Sequence record: SRR20825019_1820
Reading direction: 5' to 3' (one strand)
DNA: 46,453 nucleotides
The notes beneath the pieces are model-generated. The model did not search any database and was not told where the DNA came from. It saw only the letters and a list, made by a program, of their open reading frames with translations. A program made the position numbers and the translations under genes. Numbering within the stretch: the first letter of the stretch is position 1; every line of letters begins with the position of its first letter. Positions 18,781-27,611 of this stretch are shown one piece after another.

Positions 18781-20055
18781 TTATGAATCTCTGCGGATGT
18801 AGAGATGGAAGCCTCCATAGATCGACGAGCGGTCGCGCCGGCCGAGATCGAGTGATTGTTCGGCTTGGTAATCCCAGCGGTCGAGAATCTCTGCGGGGAC
18901 ACGGCCAGGAAGCGGGCTTTCCTCTCCGGCGGTGCGGAAGATAACCCGCGCCCCCGGTGTGGATGTGCGCAGAATTTCGGTCCAGAGGGCGGTCATCTGC
19001 TCCGCGTTCATCCAGTCCTGGGCATCCAGCAGGATGTAACGGTCCCGGCTTTCGGCATCACAGCCCGCCAGGAAATCGGTCATCGAGGCCTGCACCACAT
19101 CGACCTTCGAGGCATTGTCCCGCAAGGTCTGGTGATTGCTGTCCCGGAGATAGCGCGGGATGGCCTGCCGGTGCTGCCGGTCGTATCCGCGTCCGAATGC
19201 CTGCCAGGCGAAGTAGTTATCGTCGATGGAGAAATCGCAGGCCAGCCGCTCCAGGCGGGAGCGCATCAGCCCGGCCATGTCGCCACCGGCAGAGGCGGAG
19301 AGTGCCTCGAATTGTGCAGGCGGAATGCCGAGCCCGTAGAAGGAGACCGGCATCCGGCAGAGCGCCTTGACGACGCGGCTATCGAAGACCGGCCCGATCA
19401 CGTCCTCGAACAGGGTGCGCTGTTCCTCCATGGTCTCCGCCCGCAGGATATGGCGGGGGTTCTTGCCGTGCAGCCGGGCCACGAAATGCAGCAGGCCGAT
19501 GAAGCGGCCAAGCAGACCGAACTCGTAGACATTGCGGGTGAACATGTCGATCCGCCGGCCGCGCAGCCCGCGCTTGCTCCAGTAGGCCCGTGTCTCCGGA
19601 TCGAGATGCGGGGCGAGATCGCGGAAATAGACCCGCTTGTTTTCCCGCTCGTCCGCATGGCCGAAGAAGCGGAAGAAGGTTTCGTGGTCCGGCAGCTGTT
19701 CCAGCGCCGTCAGTTTCAGCCGGGTGAGGGCGACATGAGCCGGATTGAGATCGACGGCCTGAATATGCGCCGGCTGCTCCGTCAGGTAGTTCAGGATGTT
19801 GCAGCCGCCCGATGCGATGGTGAAGATCCGGCTGTTCCCGTCGAGCTGCAGTGCTTCCAGATCGACCTCGGGATCTTCCCAGATCTGCGGATAGACGAAG
19901 CCCTTGAAAGCCATCGTGAACATCCGCTCAAGGATGCCGCGCTTCGACAATTGCTTGTTCTTGATGACTGCGTCGGTGAGGAGGACGTTGGATGACATGG
20001 GGGCGAACTCTCCCGGATGGCGCGGTTCCGCGCGAGTGCCGCCGGACCGGTCCAT
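18781..20055 (-). CDS. btaA: SAM:diacylglycerol 3-amino-3-carboxypropyl transferase BtaA (DUF3419)
   Basis: FVYPQIWEDPEVD, IASGGCN, VDLNPAH, DNYFAWQAFGR.Y, LLDAQDWM, DRSSIYGGFHLY. Alternative start at 19998. Confidence 0.93.
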   Translation of the reverse strand: MDRSGGTRAEPRHPGEFAPMSSNVLLTDAVIKNKQLSKRGILERMFTMAFKGFVYPQIWEDPEVDLEALQLDGNSRIFTIASGGCNILNYLTEQPAHIQAVDLNPAHVALTRLKLTALEQLPDHETFFRFFGHADERENKRVYFRDLAPHLDPETRAYWSKRGLRGRRIDMFTRNVYEFGLLGRFIGLLHFVARLHGKNPRHILRAETMEEQRTLFEDVIGPVFDSRVVKALCRMPVSFYGLGIPPAQFEALSASAGGDMAGLMRSRLERLACDFSIDDNYFAWQAFGRGYDRQHRQAIPRYLRDSNHQTLRDNASKVDVVQASMTDFLAGCDAESRDRYILLDAQDWMNAEQMTALWTEILRTSTPGARVIFRTAGEESPLPGRVPAEILDRWDYQAEQSLDLGRRDRSSIYGGFHLYIRRDS

Positions 20056-20083
20056 ATCTCGCCCTCCCTCATACGGGATTCAT

Positions 20084-20101
20084 GTTGCAGCTTTGTTGCG
20101 G
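20084..20101 (-). promoter_or_regulatory. Candidate Pho box upstream of btaA
   Basis: The minus strand reads CCGCAAC-AAAG-CTGCAAC: two heptamers at 11-bp spacing resembling CTGTCAY, about 30 nt upstream of btaA. Confidence 0.5.
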
Positions 20102-20335
20102 CCGGAGCGGCGGGGCAGAGGATGAGGCCGGAAATAACTCAAAGGAAGCAGGTCTAGGTTTTAATTTTTTGGATTAATAAATAATTATATCGTATTGATT
20201 AATAATAATACTGTGGGGTTTTGTTTATCTGCCTTGAGGCGTCGTCGCAAATCTTTCGCTGCATGGTCACCTGCCGGAAATAGCGGACGCATATCCTTGT
20301 CGTCTGCACGCATTCAGAGCTGGTCGAATCGATGT

Positions 20336-20569
20336 TCAGGCGCGGCCGTGGCTTACAAGGGCGGCTCTTCCGCTCTGGCTTGCCTCGACAATGGCGCCCG
20401 TCCCGGGGACATATCGCCTGACCACGAAACCCTGATCGACGGCTTCTTCCCAGACGGTGAGGCGCGGGCAGGAAGTCCGCCAGGCATCCATCACTTCGTT
20501 ATAGGGGCGGGGTTTTTCGGCAACCCATTCAACGAGATCAAGGATCAACGGCATTGGGGTGTCATTCAT
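20336..20569 (-). CDS. Small conserved hypothetical protein (77 aa)
   Basis: MNDTPMPLILDLVEWVAEKPRPYNEVMDAWRTSCPRLTVWEEAVDQGFV, with a GGGAG RBS; this is the 3' end of the 300-aa track ORF. Confidence 0.75.
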   Translation of the reverse strand: MNDTPMPLILDLVEWVAEKPRPYNEVMDAWRTSCPRLTVWEEAVDQGFVVRRYVPGTGAIVEASQSGRAALVSHGRA

Positions 20570-20734
20570 GACATACTCCCTGTTCGTTCGGAGAGCGGTC
20601 AGATTAGCATGAGCCCCAGGTGTACCTGCAATCGCGGTTTTGAAGCTGAAATCCGGGTTTCCGTACCTGCAAACCGGGTTGTCCGATGCTGGTTCTGATA
20701 GACTGGCAAAGATGTTGATCTGGAGTCCTGTGAA

Positions 20735-21430
20735 ATGACCCGTTTCGTCCGGATAGTTCCGGTAGTGTTTCTTGCGGCGATTTTTCTGTTTCCGGCGCTT
20801 GCCGCTCATGCACAGACCGATGCGCGGCAGGCCTGGTCCGCCGCATCGGGATCGATCTTCGAAGTCGAGCCGACCTGGCCCGGATATCAGAAACCGGGGT
20901 TCGGAGCACCGGCGGGAACCGCTCCGGAGGGAACCGGTATCGCAATATTTCGACCGGGCTTGCTCGTCACGGCGGCACACGTGGTCTCGAAAGCGACGGA
21001 GGTGCATGTCCGTGCACCGGACGGAACGCGATTGGCGGCGACCGTCCTGGCGATCGATCAGAAGACGGATGTGGCCTTTCTGACTATCGGCATTGATACC
21101 GTTCCCATCACGCTGGCGGAAACCCGCCCGGACACGGGTGCACCGGTCTGTGCACTTTCGAACGCGTTCGGTCTCGGTATCGGTATTACCTGCGGTGTGG
21201 TCTCGGCGAACAGGCGGACGGGTGTCGGCTTCAATCACACGGAGGATTTCATCCAGACCGATGCCTCGGTCAATCCGGGCTCGTCCGGCGGGGCGCTGGT
21301 TGATCTGGAAGGGAGGCTGGTCGGGCTGCTGTCGGCGATCTTCACCAAGGATTCGGATTCCGATATCGGGGTGAACTTCGCGGTCTCGACGGAGTTGATG
21401 CTGGAGAGCCTGCCCCAGAATTTTCGTTGA
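20735..21430 (+). CDS. Exported trypsin-like serine protease (S1C/HtrA-type domain, no PDZ)
   Basis: GTG, VTAAHVV (His), TDVAFL (Asp), FIQTDASVNPGSSGGAL (Ser); signal peptide; the protein ends right after the protease domain. Confidence 0.9.
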   Translation: MTRFVRIVPVVFLAAIFLFPALAAHAQTDARQAWSAASGSIFEVEPTWPGYQKPGFGAPAGTAPEGTGIAIFRPGLLVTAAHVVSKATEVHVRAPDGTRLAATVLAIDQKTDVAFLTIGIDTVPITLAETRPDTGAPVCALSNAFGLGIGITCGVVSANRRTGVGFNHTEDFIQTDASVNPGSSGGALVDLEGRLVGLLSAIFTKDSDSDIGVNFAVSTELMLESLPQNFR

Positions 21431-21595
21431 GCCCTTTTATTTTTGCTGAGGCATCCTTTGCTCACGCACAAGACAGGGTGAGATGCCGGGAGCGAGCTTG
21501 TTCCCAGGCAGCCGTGACGGGATTATGCCGCCGACGCCGGTCATACGGCCGGTTGGAAGAAAATCATGCCAGAAGAAAGTCATGGAGGAATACCA

Positions 21596-22402
21596 ATGCC
21601 CGCCACCCTTCCGGGTCCGTTCGAAACCCTGAGCCTTGAGACGCCGTCCGAGCATGTGCTGTTGCTCACCCTGGACCGGCCGGAGCGCGGCAATGCCCTC
21701 AACACCCAGATGGGCTTCGATCTTCGTGACCTCTTCACCGCGCTCTATCACGACCAGCGCGATCTCCGCTGCATCGTCATCACCGGACGGGGCGAGAAGA
21801 TTTTCTGCGCGGGCGGAGACCTGAAAGAACGCAACAACATGACCGACGAGGCCTGGCAGACGCAGCATGCGCTGTTCGAGCAGGCCGTCCGGGCGATGAT
21901 GGATTGCCCGATCCCGATGATCGGGGCTGTGAACGGTGCGGCCTTCGCAGGCGGGCTGGAGATCGCGCTGTGCTGCGATTTCGTCTATTGCGCCCCGAAT
22001 GCCCGCTTTGCCCTGACCGAAGTCACCCTCGGTATCATGCCGGGCGCAGGCGGCACCCAGAACCTGCCGCGCGCGGTCGGTGTTCGCCGGGCCAAGGAAA
22101 TCATCCTGACCGGTACTCCTTTCAGCGCGAATGATGCGATGGACTGGGGCCTCGCCAACAAGCTGTGCGAGGACGGCAAGCTGCTGGAAGACGCGCTGGC
22201 AACGGCGGAAAAGATCGCCGGCAACGCCCCGATCTCCACCCGCCAGGTAAAGAAGGCCATCGACATGTCGACCCAGCTCGATCTCAAGAGCGGCTATGCT
22301 TTCGAGATCGAGGCCTATAACCGCATGGTCCCGACCGAGGATCGTCTGGAAGGCGTGCGGGCTTTTAACGAAAAGCGCAAGGCGGTCTTCAAGGGGAAGT
22401 AG
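21596..22402 (+). CDS. Enoyl-CoA hydratase/isomerase family protein
   Basis: FCAGGDLKE, AVNGAAFAGGLE, EVTLGIMPGAGGTQ, EGVRAFNEKR; GGAGG RBS. Confidence 0.95.
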   Translation: MPATLPGPFETLSLETPSEHVLLLTLDRPERGNALNTQMGFDLRDLFTALYHDQRDLRCIVITGRGEKIFCAGGDLKERNNMTDEAWQTQHALFEQAVRAMMDCPIPMIGAVNGAAFAGGLEIALCCDFVYCAPNARFALTEVTLGIMPGAGGTQNLPRAVGVRRAKEIILTGTPFSANDAMDWGLANKLCEDGKLLEDALATAEKIAGNAPISTRQVKKAIDMSTQLDLKSGYAFEIEAYNRMVPTEDRLEGVRAFNEKRKAVFKGK

Positions 22403-22421
22403 CTCTTCCCGATCTTCTCAC

Positions 22422-22454
22422 ATCGTCATCCCGCATCAAGTGCGGGATGACGAT
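22422..22454. repeat. Perfect REP-like palindrome
   Basis: ATCGTCATCCCGCA-TCAAG-TGCGGGATGACGAT, a 14-bp perfect stem in an intergenic gap. Confidence 0.7.
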
Positions 22455-22556
22455 TTGGGGTGATGATAGGGCGCATCCCATCACGGATCTTTGCTTCCAA
22501 AACCACACGTGCTAGCCAACGTTACTCAAATATTCGGCAGACAACTGGAAGCCCCG

Positions 22557-22973
22557 ATGAGCGATACGATCCTGGTCCCCGTTGCGCCCGGCGAGATGCT
22601 GGACAAGATTACCATTCTGGAAATCAAGCTGGAGCGGATCGAGGACGCGGCGAAGCTGGCCAATGTCGAGCTTGAATACACAATGCTGCAGAAGGTCCGC
22701 GGCGAGAAGATTCCGGAAAGCCCGGCGCTGGCCGATGCTTATGGCCGGCTGAAAGCAGTCAACGAGACGCTCTGGGTGATCGAGGACGATATCCGCGATT
22801 GCGAGCGGGGCGGTGATTTCGGGCCGAAATTCATCGAGCTGGCGCGCAGCGTCTACCGCGTCAACGACCAGCGGGCGGCGATCAAGAAGGAGATCAATCT
22901 TCTGCTTGGCTCTGCCCTGGTCGAGGAGAAATCCTACAAGGACTATATGGCGCCCGATAGCGCCGGCCAGTGA
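22557..22973 (+). CDS. DUF6165 family protein
   Basis: VPVAPGEMLDKITILEIK, LW.IEDDIR, FIELARSVY..ND.RA.IKKEIN, EEKSY. Confidence 0.85.
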   Translation: MSDTILVPVAPGEMLDKITILEIKLERIEDAAKLANVELEYTMLQKVRGEKIPESPALADAYGRLKAVNETLWVIEDDIRDCERGGDFGPKFIELARSVYRVNDQRAAIKKEINLLLGSALVEEKSYKDYMAPDSAGQ

Positions 22974-22980
22974 GGCGAGC

Positions 22981-24201
22981 ATGAACGTTTCCGGCGCGGC
23001 CGTTCCCGACCTCCGCTTCGCCCGGTTCCGTTTCTGGCTGCTGGCAGTCATCCTGCTGCTGTTCGTGCCGGTTGGCGTGCTGGCCAAACAGGCGATGGCA
23101 ACGCTGTTCATTGCGCTGGCTATCCTGCTGCTCGGCGCCGTCTGGCTGGAGCGCCGCCGGATCGCATGGCCTGAGAAGCCTGTCCTGATCGCCTTCGCGG
23201 CTGTCGTCGCCTTATCACTACTTGGTGCCTGGTATGGCGGGCAGGGGCTGCATCTGGCCGGGATCCTGCAGAAGCTGGGGTTGCTCGCCCTGCTGTTGAT
23301 CTGTGTTTCCTCTGTGCGGGAGATCCGTGCGGGGCTCTCCACGGAGCCTTTGGTGCTGTGTCTCGCCGCCGGGATTTTCCTGGGTGCGGTGATTTTTGCC
23401 ATCGAGCTGAATTTCGATGCTCCGCTCTACCGGTTTTTCTCCGGCAAGGGTTGGGACGTGGACGTCGCGCCGTCCCGCTTTAACCGGGGCAGCACTGCGC
23501 TTGTCCTGCTGTCCTGGCCTGCTGCGGCGGGGCTGTGGCTCGGCGGGCGCCGGGTGGCGGCGCTGGTTCTCGTGCTGGCCGGGCTGGCGGCGGCATCCAT
23601 CGGGGAGTCCGCCTCGGCGGCGCTGTCGGCAATGGTCGCGGTTCTGATCTTGCCGCTGGCTGTCCTGAATGGCCGCATGGCCTCGCGGCTTGTGCTGCTG
23701 CTGACCGTGCCCCTGATGCTGGCCGCGCCCTGGCTGCTCGGTAATTTGCTGGTCTGGATTCCGGATTATGTCGCTGTTTTCCCGCCGTCTTTCGCGGACC
23801 GGCTGGAGATCTGGCACAGCACGTCCCTGGCGGCGGTGGAGCAGCCATTGATCGGCCTTGGCCTCGGGGCGATGCGCAGTCTTGAGGTGCCGGAGGCGGT
23901 GAAGGCGACCTATACTTTCTTCAAGCACGGCACGATCCATCCGCATAATGCGGCGATCCAGATCTGGCTTGAGCTTGGCCTCGGCGGCATCCTGGCGGCG
24001 CTGGTGCTGCTCTGGCGTCTGATCGTGGCCTCGGATCCGCTGCCGCGTCCAGCCCGGGCTGCCGCGATATCGGCGCTGTGCTGCGGGCTGGTGATCGCTG
24101 CCGTCTCCTACGGCTTATGGCAGGAAACATGGCTCGGCATCATTGGTCTCACCGTACTCGCCTTCGGCGTGCTCTGTGGCAATGAAAGCCCTTCCGACTG
24201 A
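22981..24201 (+). CDS. O-antigen ligase/Wzy_C family membrane protein
   Basis: Many TM segments, DRLEIW, PLIGLGLG, HPHNAAIQIWLELGLGG. Confidence 0.88.
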   Translation: MNVSGAAVPDLRFARFRFWLLAVILLLFVPVGVLAKQAMATLFIALAILLLGAVWLERRRIAWPEKPVLIAFAAVVALSLLGAWYGGQGLHLAGILQKLGLLALLLICVSSVREIRAGLSTEPLVLCLAAGIFLGAVIFAIELNFDAPLYRFFSGKGWDVDVAPSRFNRGSTALVLLSWPAAAGLWLGGRRVAALVLVLAGLAAASIGESASAALSAMVAVLILPLAVLNGRMASRLVLLLTVPLMLAAPWLLGNLLVWIPDYVAVFPPSFADRLEIWHSTSLAAVEQPLIGLGLGAMRSLEVPEAVKATYTFFKHGTIHPHNAAIQIWLELGLGGILAALVLLWRLIVASDPLPRPARAAAISALCCGLVIAAVSYGLWQETWLGIIGLTVLAFGVLCGNESPSD

Positions 24202-24267
24202 TCTCTTTTCCGCCGCCTCTCCCTGGTGTTTAGTTGTTCCAAGAACAGTAAAACAGGGAGACTCAAA

Positions 24268-25218
24268 GTGGCTCAGTATCCGGCGGTCGGCGCGGTCCGC
24301 AAAATTGGCATTCTCGGTGGCGGGACGATCGGCGCGAGCTGGTCCGCCTTCTTTCTTTCCAGAGGCTATGACGTCGTGGCCTGGGACCCTGGGCCGGACG
24401 CGGAGGCCAAACTGCGTGCCTTTGTCGATAATGCCTGGCCACAACTGACGGAGCTCGGGCTTTCCGCCGGTGCCGCCGTGGCACGGCTCAGGTTCGTGGC
24501 GACGCCGGAAGAGGCCGTCGAGGGCTGCGATTTCATTCAGGAAAGCGCGCCGGAACGGCTCGATATCAAGCAGGAGCTCTATGCCCGTGTCGATGCGGTG
24601 ATCGGGGAGCGGACGATCTTCGCCTCCAGTACTTCGGGGCTGGTGATGAGCGATCTGCAGCAGGGCCTCAAGAATGCCGCCCAATTCGTCGTCGGCCATC
24701 CGTTCAACCCGCCGCACCTGATCCCGCTGGTCGAGGTGGTCGCCGGGAAAGACTCCGATCCGGCAGCGGCGGACTGGGCGATGGATTTCTATCGGCATGT
24801 CGGCAAACATCCGATCCGGCTGAAGAAGGAGCTGAAGGGCCATCTCGCGAACCGTCTGCAGGCTGCTCTCTGGCGCGAAGCGATCATGGCGGTGAAGGAG
24901 GATGTTGCCTCCGTCGAGGATATCGACGCGGCGATGGCGCAGGGGCCGGGCCTGCGTCTCGCCCTGATGGGACCGCATATGATCTTCGGTCTGGCCGGCG
25001 GCAAGGGCGGCATGGGCCATTTCTACGATCATATCGGCCCGGCCATGGAAGCCTGGTGGGAAACCATGCAGGAAACGCCAAAACTGGACGCCTCCCTGCG
25101 TCAGAAACTGATCGACGGCGTGGAGGATGAAGCGGCCGGCCGGTCCATCGACCAGCTCGAAGCCGAGCGGGACGACAAGCTGATCGCCTTGTTGAAAATG
25201 CTGCAGGCGAAAGGATAG
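24268..25218 (+). CDS. 3-hydroxyacyl-CoA dehydrogenase family protein (carnitine dehydrogenase/lambda-crystallin-like)
   Basis: GGGTIGASW, IQESAPE...K, ASSTSG, GHPFNPPHLIPLVE, GHLANRLQAALWRE, GPGLR; GTG start after GGGAG. Confidence 0.9.
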   Translation: MAQYPAVGAVRKIGILGGGTIGASWSAFFLSRGYDVVAWDPGPDAEAKLRAFVDNAWPQLTELGLSAGAAVARLRFVATPEEAVEGCDFIQESAPERLDIKQELYARVDAVIGERTIFASSTSGLVMSDLQQGLKNAAQFVVGHPFNPPHLIPLVEVVAGKDSDPAAADWAMDFYRHVGKHPIRLKKELKGHLANRLQAALWREAIMAVKEDVASVEDIDAAMAQGPGLRLALMGPHMIFGLAGGKGGMGHFYDHIGPAMEAWWETMQETPKLDASLRQKLIDGVEDEAAGRSIDQLEAERDDKLIALLKMLQAKG

Positions 25219-25226
25219 AGGTTGAA

Positions 25227-26477
25227 ATGACCGGTTCCGGGAAGTCCGTGATCGTTGTCGGCGCCGGTATCGTCGGCGTTGCTACCGCGCTCTGCCTGCA
25301 GATGGAGGGGCATCGGGTAACGGTGCTGGACCCAAAGGCTCCCGGCACCGCCACCTCGTTCGGCAATGCCGGGTCGATCGCCATCGGTGCGATGTACCCG
25401 ACCGGCTCCCCCGGTAACCTGAAGCAGGTGCCGAAGATGCTGATGGACCCGGCCTCGGCGATCTCCGTCCGCTGGTCCTACCTACCACGCATGCTGCCCT
25501 GGTTCGCCCGCTTCTTCGCCGCCAGCCGTCCCTCCCGGGTGGAGCAGATCGCCCGTGAGCTGGCGACCATCGTGCCATCGGCCGGAGATGCGCATCTGGC
25601 ATTGATGAAGGCGCACCGGATCGAGGGCATCGTGAAGCCGCTCGGCTGGCTCAAGGTCTATACCGGTGAGAAATCATTCGCCGGAACCCTCGGGGAGCGG
25701 GAGACGATCATCCGGCATGGCGGCAATCTGCAGATCCTGAACCAGGACGAGCTGCGTCAGCTGGAGCCGTCCCTGTCGCCGCATTTCACCCATGGCGCCT
25801 TCCAGCCGGACAATCTTTTTGTCACCAGCCCGGTCAAGTTGACGGAAGCCTACGCCAAAGCCTTCATTGGGCTCGGCGGCCGGTTTCTGGCGGAGAAGGT
25901 GACGCGGTTCGAATTCGAAGGCAGTCGTGTGCGCAAGGTGATTACGGATCTCGGCATGCATGAGGCGAACAGTGTCGTGGTCTGCGCCGGTGCATGGTCC
26001 GGCCGGATCTGCAAGATGCTCGGATTCAAAGTGCCGCTGGACACGGAACGCGGGTATCACCTGAATATTATCTCGGACGGCGGACCGACGCTGAGCCGGC
26101 CGGTTGTGGTTGGTGATCACAGTTTCGTGTTGGCGCCGATGCAGGACGGCATCCGGCTGACCAGCGGCATCGAATTCGCCGGTGTTGACGCTGCTCCGGA
26201 CTTCAGGCGGATCAGGCGCATGCTGCCGCTGGCGCGGAAAGCACTGCCGGGATTAGGAGACACGATCACCCGGGAATGGCTCGGGTTTCGGCCGTCGACG
26301 CCGGATAGCAAGCCTGTGATTGGACCCGCGCCGGGATTGCAAAATGTGTTCCTTGGTTTCGGTCATGGACATATCGGGCTGACCCTGGCAGCTCGCACCG
26401 GAAACCTGCTGGCGGATCTTGTCTCCGGACGGGGGCCTTCCATCGACCTGGGATCGTTCAGCGCCAGCCGTTTCTAG
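25227..26477 (+). CDS. FAD-dependent D-amino acid dehydrogenase family oxidoreductase
   Basis: VVGAGIVG, TSFGNAG, ERGYH, WLGFRPSTPDSKPVIG, FGHGHIGLT. Confidence 0.92.
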   Translation: MTGSGKSVIVVGAGIVGVATALCLQMEGHRVTVLDPKAPGTATSFGNAGSIAIGAMYPTGSPGNLKQVPKMLMDPASAISVRWSYLPRMLPWFARFFAASRPSRVEQIARELATIVPSAGDAHLALMKAHRIEGIVKPLGWLKVYTGEKSFAGTLGERETIIRHGGNLQILNQDELRQLEPSLSPHFTHGAFQPDNLFVTSPVKLTEAYAKAFIGLGGRFLAEKVTRFEFEGSRVRKVITDLGMHEANSVVVCAGAWSGRICKMLGFKVPLDTERGYHLNIISDGGPTLSRPVVVGDHSFVLAPMQDGIRLTSGIEFAGVDAAPDFRRIRRMLPLARKALPGLGDTITREWLGFRPSTPDSKPVIGPAPGLQNVFLGFGHGHIGLTLAARTGNLLADLVSGRGPSIDLGSFSASRF

Positions 26478-26634
26478 GTATCGGTTTCCCTGACTGTTCC
26501 ATATTACGAGTTTCTGACAAATCCGTCCCGCTACTCTCTATAGTGAGAAAACCATTGCTTGCGGCGCGCCATCAGCTAAGAGTCTCTTGGGGACTCACCG
26601 GCGCTTATGAGATTCCAGCATGAAAGGGAGAAGC

Positions 26635-27528
26635 ATGAAACGCTTTCAGAACCCAATATTGAAAAAGTCCGCCGCCGTATTCGGCGCGGTACTTCTATCC
26701 GGCTGTGCCGGTATGCAGCTCGACAACGCTCGTATGGTCGAGCCAGGGGGAAGCGCCTTCAGCACAGCGCTGTACAAGGAATACATGGCTCTCTCCGAGC
26801 TCGAGTTCCTTGAGGGCGACTACGCGGATTCAGATGTGTTCGCGCTGCGGGCGATTTCCGCCGCAGGCAACAATCCGACCACGCCGGAAGAGATGAGCGC
26901 GCGTAATATTCCGGCAGCCAACAAGGGTGAGCTGGCAACGGCCCGTCGCGAACTTGTCGAAGCTCTGGCTGCTACGGCAACCGAAAAGGCATCCGTCAAC
27001 GCCGCTCAGGCCCAGTCCTCATTCGAGTGCTGGATGCAGGAGCAGGAAGAAAACTTCCAGCCTGACGATATCGCGCGCTGCCGTGCGGATTACATGGCGT
27101 CGATGAACGCCGTGCGCTCCGCCCTTGCACAGGTTCCGGCAGCACCGGTCGCAGCCCCCGCTCCGGCGCCGAAGGCTCCGTTGCGCATGGCCGCGACCTA
27201 CACTGTCAATTTCGACTTTGATTCGGACGCGATCACTGGTGCGGCCAGCCAGATCATCTCCGAAGCCGGCGCTGCGGTCGATGAAATGAAAGCCAGCACG
27301 ATCATCCTGTCCGGTTACACTGACCGGGCTGGTTCCGAGACCTACAACATGAAGCTTGCGGATCGCCGGGCGAAGGCCGTTCTTAGTGCCCTCGACATTC
27401 GATCCAACAAGAAGATCGCTGATGCGACAGAGATCAAGGTCTATGGCGAGAAGAACAACAAGAAGAAGACCGAGGACGGCGTTCGCGAGCCGGAAAACCG
27501 CCGCGTGAAGATCGAAATCATCCGCTAA
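26635..27528 (+). CDS. OmpA family lipoprotein
   Basis: Lipobox LLSGC, Pro/Ala linker, C-terminal OmpA_C domain (FDFDS, GYTDRAGS..YN.KLADRRA, NRRVKI). Confidence 0.92.
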   Translation: MKRFQNPILKKSAAVFGAVLLSGCAGMQLDNARMVEPGGSAFSTALYKEYMALSELEFLEGDYADSDVFALRAISAAGNNPTTPEEMSARNIPAANKGELATARRELVEALAATATEKASVNAAQAQSSFECWMQEQEENFQPDDIARCRADYMASMNAVRSALAQVPAAPVAAPAPAPKAPLRMAATYTVNFDFDSDAITGAASQIISEAGAAVDEMKASTIILSGYTDRAGSETYNMKLADRRAKAVLSALDIRSNKKIADATEIKVYGEKNNKKKTEDGVREPENRRVKIEIIR

Positions 27529-27546
27529 TCAGCGGGACATAATACG

Positions 27547-27578
27547 AATAAGGCCGCCCGAGGGCGGCCTTATTTTTT
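27547..27578 (+). terminator. Rho-independent terminator, probably bidirectional
   Basis: AATAAGGCCGCCC-GA-GGGCGGCCTTATT followed by a T-tract, between convergent genes. Confidence 0.85.
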
Positions 27579-27611
27579 GCTTCGGATTCATGAAATCCGT
27601 ATCCGCCATCC

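Noticed and set aside
20570..21238. N-terminal 223 aa of the 300-aa track ORF 20336-21238
   Set aside because: It is mostly antisense to the protease gene; only the last 77 codons have an RBS and protein-like sequence.
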